A stretch of DNA of 63,692 nt, filler included, from Asterionella formosa (lineage: Eukaryota): NCBI GenBank assembly GCA_002256025.1. It is 5 parts of 5 records of this genome, joined end to end, with 100 filler letters (N's around TTAATTAATTAA, not from the genome) between each part and the next. Parts side by side here need not be neighbours in the genome. Positions count along the whole stretch, not along the records: positions 25,526 to 38,182 come from NKIB01007305.1; 4 more parts are not named here. The stretch is one strand, 5' to 3'. The first letter of the stretch is position 1. Every line of letters starts with the position of its first letter. Positions 25,526 through 38,282 of this stretch are shown here, piece by piece. The notes under the pieces are model-generated. The model searched no databases. It saw only the letters and a program-made list of their open reading frames with translations, and was not told where the DNA came from. The position numbers and the translations under genes are program-made.

Positions 25526-28231
25526 TTCTGGGAGCCAGTCTGGTACCTCATGAGCAATAGAAAGTATCCGGCGAAGAGGTACCTTCGTGGACGCTTTGTG
25601 GGGATTGCCTGGACGACGGGAGACAACATGTGCTACCGCATCTGGACAGATGAAAAAGACCTCATCTCCAGAGAAATCCACCGTAGCGTGGTGCTCCCTC
25701 GGCATCCAGACGAGGAGTTTCCAAGAACCTTGGTCAAATACACAAGCGACTACTTCTTCCCAACTCCCAAATTGCCGAAGAACGGTCCAGAAGTTGTTAG
25801 TGCCAACCTCGAGGGGGGGAGGAAAAGGGTACGGGAACAGAGTAAACAACCTGACGAAGCTGACAAGAACAACGGTGGAACTCGCATAACACCGGGGCCG
25901 CGTGAGGGCAGAAGTAAACGACCGGGCAGTGGAGATCACACCACTTATACCCCAGGTACCGGGGCGCATAAAAACGTGGACATCGCGGAAGGAACCATAC
26001 CGGAGAGTACTGATGTGGGAAACCTCGGCCCGGAGGAAGCAGAAGTTCGCAAGCGATGGCTTGAAATGACAGAAGCGGAGGCAAACCGCGTCCTAGAACT
26101 ATATGCACCACCTACCGAGGGGGTAGACTATGCAAATATGAAAACTATTCTTAGTCATAAAACCACTACTAGGGATGGAGTGAAAACCATTACATTCCGA
26201 GTAAAGTACCGGTCGGGAGAAGTGATCCAGTGCGATCTCGATGACCTGAAAATAGATGCGCCATACTCACTCGCAGTCTATCTCAGGCAGAAAAAGATCA
26301 TGTCCCCTACCCTCAGGGAATGGTCTCAGAGAACGCTAGAGACCCTAGATACTTCATTGTATAGGACCAGGCTAATAGAACCAAATACTTCAATCCGGAG
26401 GCGACATGCACATGATGCTAGCGCCACAGTGGTGACCCTGACCCGATGCAACTCAGCCTTCTCCAGTCGGCGGCGGGTGAAAACCAACTCGAAGCCGGGC
26501 AGGAACAAAAGGAGACCGCATCACTCAAGTGGATGTGAAGTCAAATATGGGGTGAAAATCCCCAGGACGGTAGGAGAAGCTATTGACCTGGACAAGCTTA
26601 ATGGTGATGACCTGTGGCACCAGGCAATAAAGAAGGAAATTGGTGCTCTCATGGAGATGCAGACCTTCAACATTCTTGGACCGGACGAATCTAAATCCTT
26701 CAAACGGGATGGATTTCAGTACGCTCGACTGATGATGATATTTGACGTCAAGCAGGATTTACGGAGAAAGGCCCGACTGGTTCTAGGAGGTCACATGATC
26801 GATGCCTCAGGACACGATACATACGCGACCAACATGAAAGGAATCAGTGCCAGAATCCTCATGCTTATTGCAAGTGCAAACGAACTCAGGGTATTAACAG
26901 GGGATATAGGGAATGCGTATTTGTATGCCAGCACAAATGAAAAAATATTCTGCAGGCTTGGAGAAGAGTTCAGCATAGCAGGGCATGGGGCAACTGGAAG
27001 GATTGCAGTGCTTGAAAAGGCACTGTATGGCACCAAGAGCGCTGCAAACCGATGGCATGCACATCTAGCAGACACCCTACGATGTATGGGTTTTGCAACA
27101 AGCAGATATGATGCAGATATTTGGTACCAAGCACGTAATGATGGCTCTGGCTATGATTACATCGGGACACATACCGATGACTTGATGATAGTGGCAAAGA
27201 ACCCGGAAGGGTACTTTGAGGTGCTACAGGAGAAGTATACGATAAAGAAGATTGGCCCACCTACATTTCACCTGGGATGTGATTACATATGGGGACCAGA
27301 TGGCAAATGGAGCATAGGAACAGAAACTTACGTCAAGGATACCCTGGAGAGAGTGAAAACCATGCTAGGCCGGAAGGACCTTGGCAAGGATGACACACCT
27401 ATCTCACCAACATTCCATCCAGAGCTAGACAATTCACAACTACTAGATGTCGACCAACACAGGTTGTACCAACAACTGGTTGGAATAGCCCAGTGGTTGA
27501 TAACATGTGGTAGGCCTGATCTTTGCTATGCCATCTCGTCTTTAAGTCGATTCAGCTCTGCACCGCGGATAAAACATCTAAATGCACTGGAGCGAGTATT
27601 CAAGTATATCAACAAGAATAGAGCACTGGCGATTAAGATAAATCCGGAAAACTATGTCTTACCAAAGCATGACATCATGTACGAGAGCGCAGATTGGACT
27701 GAGCAGTACCCGGGAGCAATCGAAGAAATGGATGAGAAGTTCCCTACTCCACTAGGGAAGGAACTTAGCACAACCATATATTTTGATTCAGACCACGCCC
27801 ATGATCAGAAAACGAGACGTTCTATTACTGGGATAATTGCCTTCATAGGATCTACCCCAGTAACATGGGCATCGAAGCGTCAAGGGGCCATAGCAACTAG
27901 CACTTACACTGCAGAGCTATGTGCGGGTAGAACGGCTGCTGAGGAAGCCATCAGCATTAGATACATGCTGAGATCTTTAGGGGTGCCCGTGACGACACGA
28001 ACGCTATTATTGGGAGACAACCTAGGATCGCTCCAAAGTACCTCGAATCCTGAGTCTGAATGCCATAAGAAACATAGTATGGTTAATTACCACTGTGTGC
28101 GAGAGTGTTGTGCATCTGGAATCATCCAACTCGCGAAGGTAGACACTAAGATGAATCTTAGCGATGGCTTAACCAAAGCCATCAAGAAGTCTATCTACCT
28201 TGATCATAGAAGATGCCATTTTGCAGCGTGA
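25526..28231 (+). CDS. Copia (CoDi-type) Pol polyprotein, 3' part intact: integrase C-terminus, chromo-like segment, RT, RNase H
   Basis: Frame is open from the segment start (FWEPVWY). GRFVGIAW, KYGVKIPRTV.EA, FDVKQDLRRKARLVLGGH, GDIGNAYL, KALYG, THTDDL; RNase H YFDSDHA, TSTYTAE, LGDN. No stop in ~900 codons. Confidence 0.93.
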   Translation, partial: FWEPVWYLMSNRKYPAKRYLRGRFVGIAWTTGDNMCYRIWTDEKDLISREIHRSVVLPRHPDEEFPRTLVKYTSDYFFPTPKLPKNGPEVVSANLEGGRKRVREQSKQPDEADKNNGGTRITPGPREGRSKRPGSGDHTTYTPGTGAHKNVDIAEGTIPESTDVGNLGPEEAEVRKRWLEMTEAEANRVLELYAPPTEGVDYANMKTILSHKTTTRDGVKTITFRVKYRSGEVIQCDLDDLKIDAPYSLAVYLRQKKIMSPTLREWSQRTLETLDTSLYRTRLIEPNTSIRRRHAHDASATVVTLTRCNSAFSSRRRVKTNSKPGRNKRRPHHSSGCEVKYGVKIPRTVGEAIDLDKLNGDDLWHQAIKKEIGALMEMQTFNILGPDESKSFKRDGFQYARLMMIFDVKQDLRRKARLVLGGHMIDASGHDTYATNMKGISARILMLIASANELRVLTGDIGNAYLYASTNEKIFCRLGEEFSIAGHGATGRIAVLEKALYGTKSAANRWHAHLADTLRCMGFATSRYDADIWYQARNDGSGYDYIGTHTDDLMIVAKNPEGYFEVLQEKYTIKKIGPPTFHLGCDYIWGPDGKWSIGTETYVKDTLERVKTMLGRKDLGKDDTPISPTFHPELDNSQLLDVDQHRLYQQLVGIAQWLITCGRPDLCYAISSLSRFSSAPRIKHLNALERVFKYINKNRALAIKINPENYVLPKHDIMYESADWTEQYPGAIEEMDEKFPTPLGKELSTTIYFDSDHAHDQKTRRSITGIIAFIGSTPVTWASKRQGAIATSTYTAELCAGRTAAEEAISIRYMLRSLGVPVTTRTLLLGDNLGSLQSTSNPESECHKKHSMVNYHCVRECCASGIIQLAKVDTKMNLSDGLTKAIKKSIYLDHRRCHFAA

Positions 28232-28302
28232 CATATATGATAACGAGGCAATATGGTAGATTCACCATTACTTTAGAGGCACTACGTTCATAGCTTGAGG
28301 GG

Positions 28303-28699
28303 TGGTCAGGTACACATAGTACATTGGCATGTAGCTCCTACGGGCAAGCGATGAAAGTAGTGGTTCCAACTACTGTAATATACTCACTGCCTGATCAAGG
28401 ACGGGGTCACACAAAACCTCGTGGGGAGTAATCCCCCTTTGTGTGATAGACTGGGACTACCTCCAGGTTTAGGTCTATCGGGTACGTAGCTATATGGAGG
28501 GACTGCATCTATACGTACGTTGTGATGTGGGTAGCAGGAGTCGTACGGCGAATGCGATGCTGCAGGAGCATAATAAACCTGCACGGATCCATGCACCAAC
28601 CGGGAGTAACGCACCCGGAGGGTACGGAAAGCTATTTTCCAGCAGCAATGGACCACCAGACCCTTATGGAAGAGGCCTAGAGTAATCTAGATCCTGACA
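28303..28699 (+). repeat. Probable 3' LTR of the Copia element at 25526
   Basis: Purine tract GAGGGG, then TGGTCAGG ... CCTGACA (imperfect inverted termini), about 70 nt after the pol stop. Confidence 0.65.
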
Positions 28700-30721
28700 C
28701 CTGGTACCAGGTACCCTGGTACCGGTACCTGGTAACTGGTTGTACTACGGTATGTTCCAGGTACCTGGTAGCAGCACCTGGTGTTGCCGGATTTTGCTAG
28801 CTTCGTTGTTGTGTGTAATGCTGATTCAACTGGTCTGGTATTTATACCAGGTAAGAAGCAGGCAATGAAATAACAAGGTATATCACATTGAAAATGAAAT
28901 TTGAATTTAATGTAGTAAGTAAGTATGTTATTATTTAGTAGTATACGCATTTATCTAGCTTAACACGGCTGTAGTTGTGGATGCCCACCACCACTGCAAC
29001 CTTTCAACATTTGGTTGACGAGAATGTGAGTAACAATCTTATCCTGACCATGTGTCTCATAGATTTAGTCAAGGGCTACATGTGCCATGTACCCACTCAA
29101 ACTAGCAAGAGTCGCCACTGCATCCCAGACAACCCTGCGCTGCCAATAGTAGATGTATATTTCATCATCCTGCTCCCTGCCCTGGTGCTGCTTGCAAATA
29201 GTAGCCTTTCTGGTTTTTTCGTTCTGAAATTCCAACTTCCTATTCTTACCAAGGAACAAGTTTAGTTTGGTGTCTTGGAAGGTTACTTTTATAATCAGTA
29301 CCCACATCCATGTTTGTTTGTTCGTCCTCAATACCTGCTTGATTGTTGGTTTGTTGGTTCCTAGTAGAGCAAGCTGTGCGACATGGACCTCTGGCACATT
29401 GCTTGGCTGGGTAGCATACACATAAGGCTATTTAAATAGCTACAACAAACATAGCAAATGTTGACTATTCCACAAGCTCTACTCAAGTAGAACTTCAGCT
29501 TGCTCAAGAATGGATCTGACATATAGGGATAGTGCGGCCATGGCTGTAAACCAACCCAGATATATGGTTCATCAGTTATAGACATGTTCTACTACCATTA
29601 AGCCTAGTACAAGGCATAATCACACATTTCAGAACCCTTATTACCATGTTTAAATTCGAAGTAGAATATCATGATACAGTGATTTCCTTATGGTTAAACG
29701 GTCACCTCTACGAAGAAAGTAGAATTTATGCTCTAGTAACTAGGAATTCATGAGCAAGTAATATATACTTAGTCAGTCTCAAAGTAAGCATTGAGCCTGA
29801 AATAAATAAACTAATAATGGTTTATAATCCCCGATGTCTTGCACATCATGGGTACTCTGGCTAGTTGACCAGAAAGGGTCACAATGACATACAGGGCTCC
29901 CATGATCATTTTTCCAAGCCCAGCTCAACCAAGTGATCGAAAATAGATTTAAAAAACGTTTTAGCTCACTCGTTTTAATCGTTCAACTCTGTTTGTTACC
30001 TCTGAAATTGTTTAGGATTGATCGCCTTGATAGCAATGGCTGATATTTCCATTTTGGGTTGCTGTTGGCATTTGTTGCAGCAAAAGCAACTTTGTCAGGA
30101 ACACTGCCCAGCGCTGACCACCACGATATGTGCGACCCTCATTCAAACAATATCATCTTAGGAGCTTTCATTTTAACTTGTATGTATTAATGAGTACTTA
30201 GAGATCCTGTTTTGACAATTTACCATTGTTGAATTGTCACCAAAATGTGAAAAAAATCCACCCCCAGTACTACTACTGGGTAGAATTTTGCCTTTCTCTA
30301 TACCATATTTTCACCACGGTCAAGTAGGGGGGGGGGGTACCGGACAGTATTGACCTGTCCAGAGTAGAACACTACCGGAGCCCTACAGAAAAAGACTACT
30401 TTGGTAGAATTTCGTCAATAATGTACATGTAGTTATTTATACCAAGTCTGGACTTGAGTCCAAAGTCTGACGCCACCAAGTCAGACTTCACAACAAATAA
30501 CCACGGTTATTATAGTAAAGCAGGATTAATAACCTGGTTATTATATACCAGGTACCAAGTCAGAAGCACTACCGGTAAACACTATTATACAGTGATGGTC
30601 ATGCATATAAACCTGATCGTTGCCATTCTTACTGGGTAGGAGTATCTGGTGGTACCAGGTAGGGCAGCTAGCTATAATAATTGAAAGTAAATCCCATCTT
30701 CCATCAAAATCGCAAAATAAT

Positions 30722-33700
30722 TGTCCCAATCCGTTAAGTCATCGTAAATTGCGGAGTCATAAATCAACAAGCTGAATCTCTCAGCATGACAGAAGAAGTT
30801 CTCCACACCATCTCAGAGCCATAGCGAGCCATGGCAACCGGCCGTGCAAGAAACACGACCTATCATACTATCCAGGTGTTGAAGTTGCGTCCCGAAGCAC
30901 TCTATGCTTTCTTGTATCCTGTAAGGACACGTCAGGGACCAAATAGGCTTTAGATATGAACAACGATGTCTCCGTGATCGATTGTAATCGTTCCTAAGAG
31001 TTTTAATAGAATTATGGGTTTTACTGTTGGCGTAGATTGTTTTCGAATTCTCTGGTACCATATTCTTTCTTGATTCATTCGATTCAATATGTAGTACTAG
31101 GTAGGTAATTTATACCAGGATTTTTTTTCCTAAAATAATTTCTCCAACACACTCCTGCTGGACACGGATGCTCACTTTGAATTCATAATTTGCTGACGAA
31201 AATGAATAAATTTCGTTCCAACCAGTGGTTTGTCATGTAGTCTGCTAACATTGCATCTGTTGGTCAGTACTTAATTTGCACTTCCTTTCTTTCAATAAGA
31301 TCAGTAATATAAAAATATTTGATGTTGAAATTTCGTTTGCGTTTTCCTGAACTTGCTTTTCCATTTGCTTCTAGCTTCATTGCGCTAGTGTTGTCACGGT
31401 AAATGACATTCGTAGTCACCTTGTGTCCTGGTGCTTCAATAAATAATTTCGTCCACAACACATTTGATATAATGTCATCGACACCAACCAATTCTGCTTC
31501 AGTCGAACATCTAGTGTTCACTTTCTGTTTTGTAGACATAAAACAAATAATTCCGTTTCCAAGTGACAATGTAGCTCCAGTGTGACTTTTAAAATCTTTG
31601 TGTACTGCAAACGCCGCATCAACGTACCATTTAGTGCTCTGAGTGTCATCATCACTCATACATGCAACCTCATTCTGAGTTGCTTTCAATATATTCATGA
31701 TCTTGACTAATTTTGCCCAATCGCCTTCATTTGGTTTGGTAGTTCGGGTTGCCAAAAAAGCAATTCCTGGTTGAATGTCCTGTCTTCCTCGCTTACATAG
31801 GAACATTCCTTTCATAACAAAAGTATGAAATATTTTTGCTTTTTCATATTCAAGCTTCTTTGATTTCGTATCAACTGTGAACAATTTATCTGTCCATGGG
31901 AATTTTCCAACACCTTCAAGTTTGTCTGGAAAATAATCAATCATTGATTTCACATTTTTGGTCATGTCCACCCTCAACACTCCTGGAAGAGAGTAATCTA
32001 GTGTCATCGCCAAATAATCATGCTTCTTTCCACGCATGACCTTGACTTCACCAATTTCGTCAGAAGCGTATTTCTTTTTGAGTCATTCCAAAAATTGATC
32101 ATTCACTTTGCTGTCCATGTGACTTTTTGGGTATATCTGCAGTCATAACATCGCGATTTTGCTTCGCATCAATTGTTGCTGTTATCATGATAGATTCAGT
32201 CATGGTAGTTGGACTAGCTGCTTCATCTCTTTCCATGTATTCACGTTGCGAACTGCCATTGGTACATGCTCTGCCTTTAATGCTCTTGTCTCTCTTTTCA
32301 ACCATAAAAATTAGACTTTCCATTGCACGTCGCTTTTCGATCTCTTTTAGGTCTTCAACAATCCTAATCGGTTCAAATACAACTCTATCATGTAGTTGTT
32401 TCATTTCCTTATAAGCAGCGTCTCTTCCTTTCTGGCCGAATTTCTTGAGGCCTTTTCTTAAGCTGTATGACTGAACAAAGTGAAATGCTCTTTATCGATA
32501 CACATCTCAATCATATAACACATTGTCTTTGCGATCACTTTCGCATTATCAGTCGTGTATTCTTTTTGACTGTGTGCTTGGGTATGCAAATGACGTTGGA
32601 CCATAGTTAGTTTTGATGGCGGTCTTGAGACTCTTTCAGACCTTGTAGTTCTAACATTTGGGTCTGTGTCATCCTCAGTGCTTGGATTGACTTCTAACAT
32701 TGCCTCTTCATTTTCAGTTTCATTTGCTGGCACTTTATCCTCATCATGGATTTCACCTGCATTAATTTCAATATTATTCTCATTGTTGCCCTCAGGTTCA
32801 GGGTCATCCTCTTGGATATTGTTGTTTAATTCAAGCTGTTCTGCTTCATATATTTCATCAGGAGTCATTTCATCATAGTCTTCTTCTCCAAGAATTTCAT
32901 CATTGCTTTCTTCATCACTAGCGTGTTGATCTTCATAATCTTCATCTTGTGCATCTTCAAATGCTTCATTATCATAATCCACTCCTGAAATCTAAGCACT
33001 ATCATAAAATATTTGTCCCGTTCGATTTGATGTCTTGAGACCATCTGGCATATTTTCCTGCACAGCAGGGGCGTGTACTTGATTTATGATTGCTGGGGTA
33101 AGTGGTAGAGGAGTAACTGTTCGTCTAGTGATCATTGAATTTGTACCTCCTTGCAAGTTGTCATTGTAGCGTAGATAAATGCAATCTAGGCTGCGTGGTG
33201 CATTAGTGTTTGAAAACACAGGTTCTTCATGTGCTTGGACATAAGTGCCAAATGTATACTGGCAATGTCGAGCATAGTCCAGGTTTTGTTGATGTAAAAT
33301 CATACGAGGAATATAATACAGGGATATCCCACTCTTTGCCGGAATGAAATTCAGTTTCTTAGCAGATTCTGTCACTAGAATCTTAATCATCAGTCGTGGC
33401 AAATGTTTGAAAGGTAATTGATGATAAGCTGCGCGCACGCGTTCTTTAATCACTCGATTATTTCGCTCCGCTTCAGGAACATGTTCTTGTGGGTTTGCGA
33501 AGTTCATGGTGCCTTGAAATTCATTGGAAATTTGTTCCATCAAAGGTCAAAACTCGTTGTCACAGTGGATTGTTGTAATTTTAAATCCTCCGGTATTATA
33601 AACACGGAATACCTCAATCAAAGCATCTCGATAGACTTCAGCTGTTTGATTCTTGACCCATTGCGCTGGCCTATTACATACACATAATGTTTCGAGAAAG

Positions 33701-35230
33701 TGTTGTGAGAAATGATTTTCCATTCACTTTCATTCCATCCATGCAAAGAATCACTTCGCGTTGAGCTTGGATAAGCCCCTTAGGAATCTCGATGTAGTCA
33801 TTCACGACTGGCAGCGGCTTGCGACGAGTTGTCTTGCCTTTTGGTGTTCTGATGTCAGGTCCAAAATTTTTCTCAAAATTTTTCTCTGCAATTTTGATAT
33901 CGTCGGTAATCACTGGATTATTGTTGATTGTATTCATACGAATTATTGCCTTGAAATCATTAATTGATGGTGTACCCACGGCATGAAATAGATCACAAGC
34001 TCGTTTAGCTCTCTGAAATTGATGTTCAGTGTAAAATGTTTTGTTTTCTTCAACTGTCTTTAACATTTGAGCATTCTCCGCTTTAATTGTTGTAGTAGGC
34101 TTGAAAACATATAAGTTCATCCCAATTCTTTCAAATCGAACTGGTTTGTCAGGCAAATGAACAATGAATGCATCTTCTTTCTCAGAGTCTTAGGTAGTTC
34201 TGTACCTATCTGCCATTTCGGCGTAACTGAAGATGTTTGTGATTGCCTTCTAATTAAACCATACTTCTCCCCATTGTAGAAGACCAGCCTTCATATTGGT
34301 GACCATGGATCCACCATTTGTGGCCAGGTGCATGCTTCCCATGGTTGACATTCGAATGTTTAAGCCTTCATATTAGTGACCATGGATGCACCATTTGTGG
34401 CCAGGTGCATGCTTCCATTGGTTGACATTCGAATGTTTTCAACCATTTTTGGATTGCAAAAGACTGTGACACTTGATTGATTATCCAATAGTATCCAGTC
34501 ACGCATCTCAGATGCTTGGTAAAAATGTAGTTTCATATGAGCTCCCGCCCATCCAAATTGATTGACATTTACTTGTTGTGAAGCTTGTGATGATGGCGGG
34601 TTGTTGGAATTAACAGATGTAACTGTCCTTGTGTCCGATGCATTAGCCTGTGCCTGTGCATGGCTTTGGGCCTTGTTGATAGCCCATTCCTCTTTGGGTT
34701 TGTTCTTGTCTTGGAACGAAGGAAATTTGTGACCTGCTTTACCACAGCAGTAGCATTTTCCTTCTAACTGTGCAAACGATAAGTTCAAATCTTCGTCTTC
34801 CTTGCCTGTATCCTTTTGTTTTCTCTCTTTATTATTATCTCCTGGTTTCTTGTAGTTGGCTTTATTTGTTGCGTCAAACCGATGGTTGCTGAGAACATTA
34901 TTTGATTCGGTGATGGTCTTTGGGTATTGATCGTTGCCGAGTGATTGTTTAGTGTTCAGCCCGGTCATAATTGATCCATATTTGCCTTTATCCGCATTAT
35001 CGAGGTATAAATAGGCCATAAATTGACTGAAAGATTGTTTGCGAAGTTTATCTTGTAGCTTGATGTCGGTCTTGTTGTACCCATCCATGGCTTCAATGAA
35101 CTTGGTGAGGATAATGGGTCCTCCCATGTGTGACTTGAGCACATCTCGTGCCACACGAAATCTTTTGGTGTAGTCTTGTAGACTTTCTCCTTCTTTTTGC
35201 TTTGTAAATAAAAGCGTTCTCATCGCATCT
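30722..35230 (-). mobile_element. Degenerate CoDi-type Copia retrotransposon (gag, protease, integrase, partly deleted RT, RNase H, 3' LTR at about 30722-31149)
   Basis: Gag CYCCGKAGH, protease WILLDNQSSVTVFCN, integrase EHVPEAERNNRVIKERVR, RT KGRACTNGSSQR, RNase H WYVDAAFAVH...STEAELVG...YRDNTSA. Purine tract/LTR junction CAGGAGTG|TGTTGG. Many frameshifts and a 77-bp internal tandem duplication at 34286-34438. Confidence 0.9.
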
Positions 35231-36899
35231 CAAGGTCTCAAATCGACCGAAGACCTTAATGCAACAGGCCAAGATGAATAATAGTAACAGAATTGAAGCA
35301 ATTCACGGGAGTCAATCAAGAAAAGTCGGAATTAGTTGTAAAAAATCCATCACCAACAAGGACCAATGCAAGAAGTGAAAATCATCGATTGGATGCTGCC
35401 ATTTTAGGCCGACTGGATCGCAGGGAATTTTTGTTCCTGGGTCCTGCAAATTTGACTTCAAATGTCATGAGAAAAACATTCAGGAATGTATTGCTGGATT
35501 CTTTTCATCTCAAGCTCACTCCGGAACCGGAATTTATGGTTCAAGAACTCCTTTGGACCTTGTCTGAAAAATTCCGCCAGAAACGGTGCCGGAAGGTTAT
35601 TAAAATTTTTATTCTTACGAATTGTGAAAATCCTATTTGATTTCCTTCAGTTACAATCAACTGCCTCCCAGAAGGACCATGACATAGTTCTTCTTTCGCT
35701 CTCAAATTTTGCGCACACAAAATCCAACAAGGGAAAAAACAAAAAGGTGCTTCAAATATATTGGCACAGGCTTTTAAGTCAGGAAGCGAAATATGGATTT
35801 TTAAAATACTGAGACTACCAAAATGTTTAAGTGAATGACTTTAAGCGAAAATGCTAATTAATGGTAGAAATGGCACATATGCATTTGTCAATGCTCCTGA
35901 ATGAGATTTTGATCTTGTTCTACATTCCATTAATTGTATATCTCCTTCCTTTACCTCTAATTCATCTTGATTTAATTCTCTTCATCCAAGTCGATGTTTT
36001 TTACTTTTGACAAGACAATTAGAACATGTTGTTCCTTGCTCACCTGCAACTTGATAGCCTGATAGATGATTTTTTGAAAAAAATGATACAATGATGCAAT
36101 TGAATGGTGTCACCACACACAGCACACATACCAGTTGTCATCATTGTAGAATTGTATGCATCATCAACTTTGGCAACTTTGGCTACTTCAATCAGCTCAG
36201 TAAAGGTTCCGAATTTAGTTTGTGAAATATGATCCTTGTATGCAGGTTTTTTAGCTGTCAATTCAAATTCAACTGTAGGTTTGATGACACTTTTTGCCTT
36301 CACTGCAGGCCTCTCAGTAGCTGATGGTGAAGATGTCAAACATTGATTAGAATTTTGCAATGCTAGCTAGATAGTCGAAATATGTTGTCAGATGCTGCGG
36401 CTCAATGTTTGTTATTGGTAATCATTTTCGTATTCAAACTGGTTAAGGAACCATCTAAAACTTGCAGAATCATTGTTCATGTTTTGTTTGTCTTCAAAAT
36501 GAGGGCTTCAACGCTTAACAACTAGCTTGATCCTTGAAAATCGTTAACTTTTTGCTTGAGTGAAATTGAAACGCCATTGGTTTTTGAATTTTGCTTCTAT
36601 TTTGAAAATGCCGCCCTAGAAACACCCTAGATTATTATTGTGTACCAGAAAAAACTAGCAATGCTCATCACATGAATTAAAATATACTCTAGACTAGTTA
36701 TATCCCTGTGTAACAAGGATAAAAATCTTCAAGTCTTGGGATATCTTGAGCAGCAGTGTATGGCGTGAATTCACTTGTCAATTTTTCATCAAAAATGCTT
36801 TTCGCAATTTGTGTCTTTCTCATTTTTACTGTCTTCAGCAATCTTTTGACACAGCCAGACATAAATACTTCCTTGCGTATGTTCTTGCATCCTGTCGAT

Positions 36900-38182
36900 T
36901 GCTGAAGGCAATACACGCCCGAGGTGGTCTCTTGCCTGTGAGTATACATGTGTTCGAGGCTGGGTGGCGCGAGTAGGTTGACTTTACGAGTGGCGCCCCC
37001 GGCCCTGCGAGAAGGTCACCCTACGAGTCCCATCCCAGTCGAGTACACATGTGTACGAGAAGGCAAGTAGCCGCCAAGAAGGGTATTGTTGAGGCAATTC
37101 CCGCTCTAGCTATCGTCGCGTCATTCGCTTACCTACTGCCTACAAATTTAGCATAAATGTCAATTTTAGCCTACTATTGCCCATCATATAAAATATTTTT
37201 TGTATATTTCCTATCTTCACCTCGAAAATTGCCAAAGGTCCGATATTGCCCATCATTAAAATATATTTTGTATAATTCATATGTTCCCATTTTGGCAAGA
37301 CAACCGACGCCAATTGCCCCTCGGTTTTCCAGCCCTGGGATTGCCGGAATCGGCAAGGGGTCTACTAAAGGAAACCATTTTATATGCTATTCAGATTTTA
37401 GTAATTTATATCTAGAATTCACTTCGTTTTTGTTCGTCTCCTGAAAAGTGGACTCCGGCAATTCACATTTCACCAGCATGCCAATCGTCGTCCATCATGA
37501 CCGGTTTGAAGCGAAATCAGTTCCGCGATGACGCCAGTAGCGATTCTTTGCCTAACGGATGCGGTTGATTGTTGGATTGCTTGTCTTCTCGAGGGATTCA
37601 TGTAGTCGCATCGTCCATATTTCGTCGGACGCACGATGATATCGAAACATCTGATGTTGGTGGCAAGTTTTTGCTCCGGTCATGTATGTAATGATGCTTT
37701 ACGGATATTCTACAGGCTACAGGTAGTCATCTAGTCTACATACGTACGTGTTACTAAAAAAACCATGCATGGTTTAAGCTATGCTTTAACGCTTACTTTG
37801 AACACGTAATAATATTATCTCTGTAGACTCGGTATTATTTTTACGAGACCTGAAATGTTGAATTATATCGTTCACATATTCATTGATTTCACGTACCGTA
37901 TGCCCGATTTCGTCCTCACAAATATAGTTATCACTCTATCTTGCCTGCCTTTGCTCTATTCGGGCTTGCAATAGGCAACGTTCGTCTTTCTTTGATCCCA
38001 TAGTCTGCTGCTTGTTATGATAGTTGAAGCGGATTGGTAAGTACAACAGTGAAACACTGAATGTGGATTGTAGATCGTATTTATCGACTTTCCGATTTGA
38101 TTGCTTCCGTGGTTTGTTTTGATCGCTTCCATCGTTGTTTGTCGTTACGCACTGTCGTTTTGTTTCGATTGTACATATCTGC
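36900..38182 (+). mobile_element. Left part of the non-autonomous inverted-repeat element, cut by the segment end
   Basis: IR GCAATTCCCGCTCTAGCTATCGTCGCGTCATTCG at 37094. Homologous to 7005-7728 (inverted) and to 38283-39130 (direct). Confidence 0.75.
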
Positions 38183-38282
38183 NNNNNNNNNNNNNNNNNN
38201 NNNNNNNNNNNNNNNNNNNNNNNNNNTTAATTAATTAANNNNNNNNNNNNNNNNNNNNNNNNNNNNNNNNNNNNNNNNNNNN
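38183..38282. other. Artificial contig linker
   Basis: N44-TTAATTAATTAA-N44. Confidence 0.97.

Noticed and set aside
36698..36900. Crypton/NDC10-like recombinase fragment (VKRLLKTVKMRK...EKLTSEFTPYT...IPRLE)
   Set aside because: About 60 aa with only a vague resemblance and no catalytic motif; needs a profile search.
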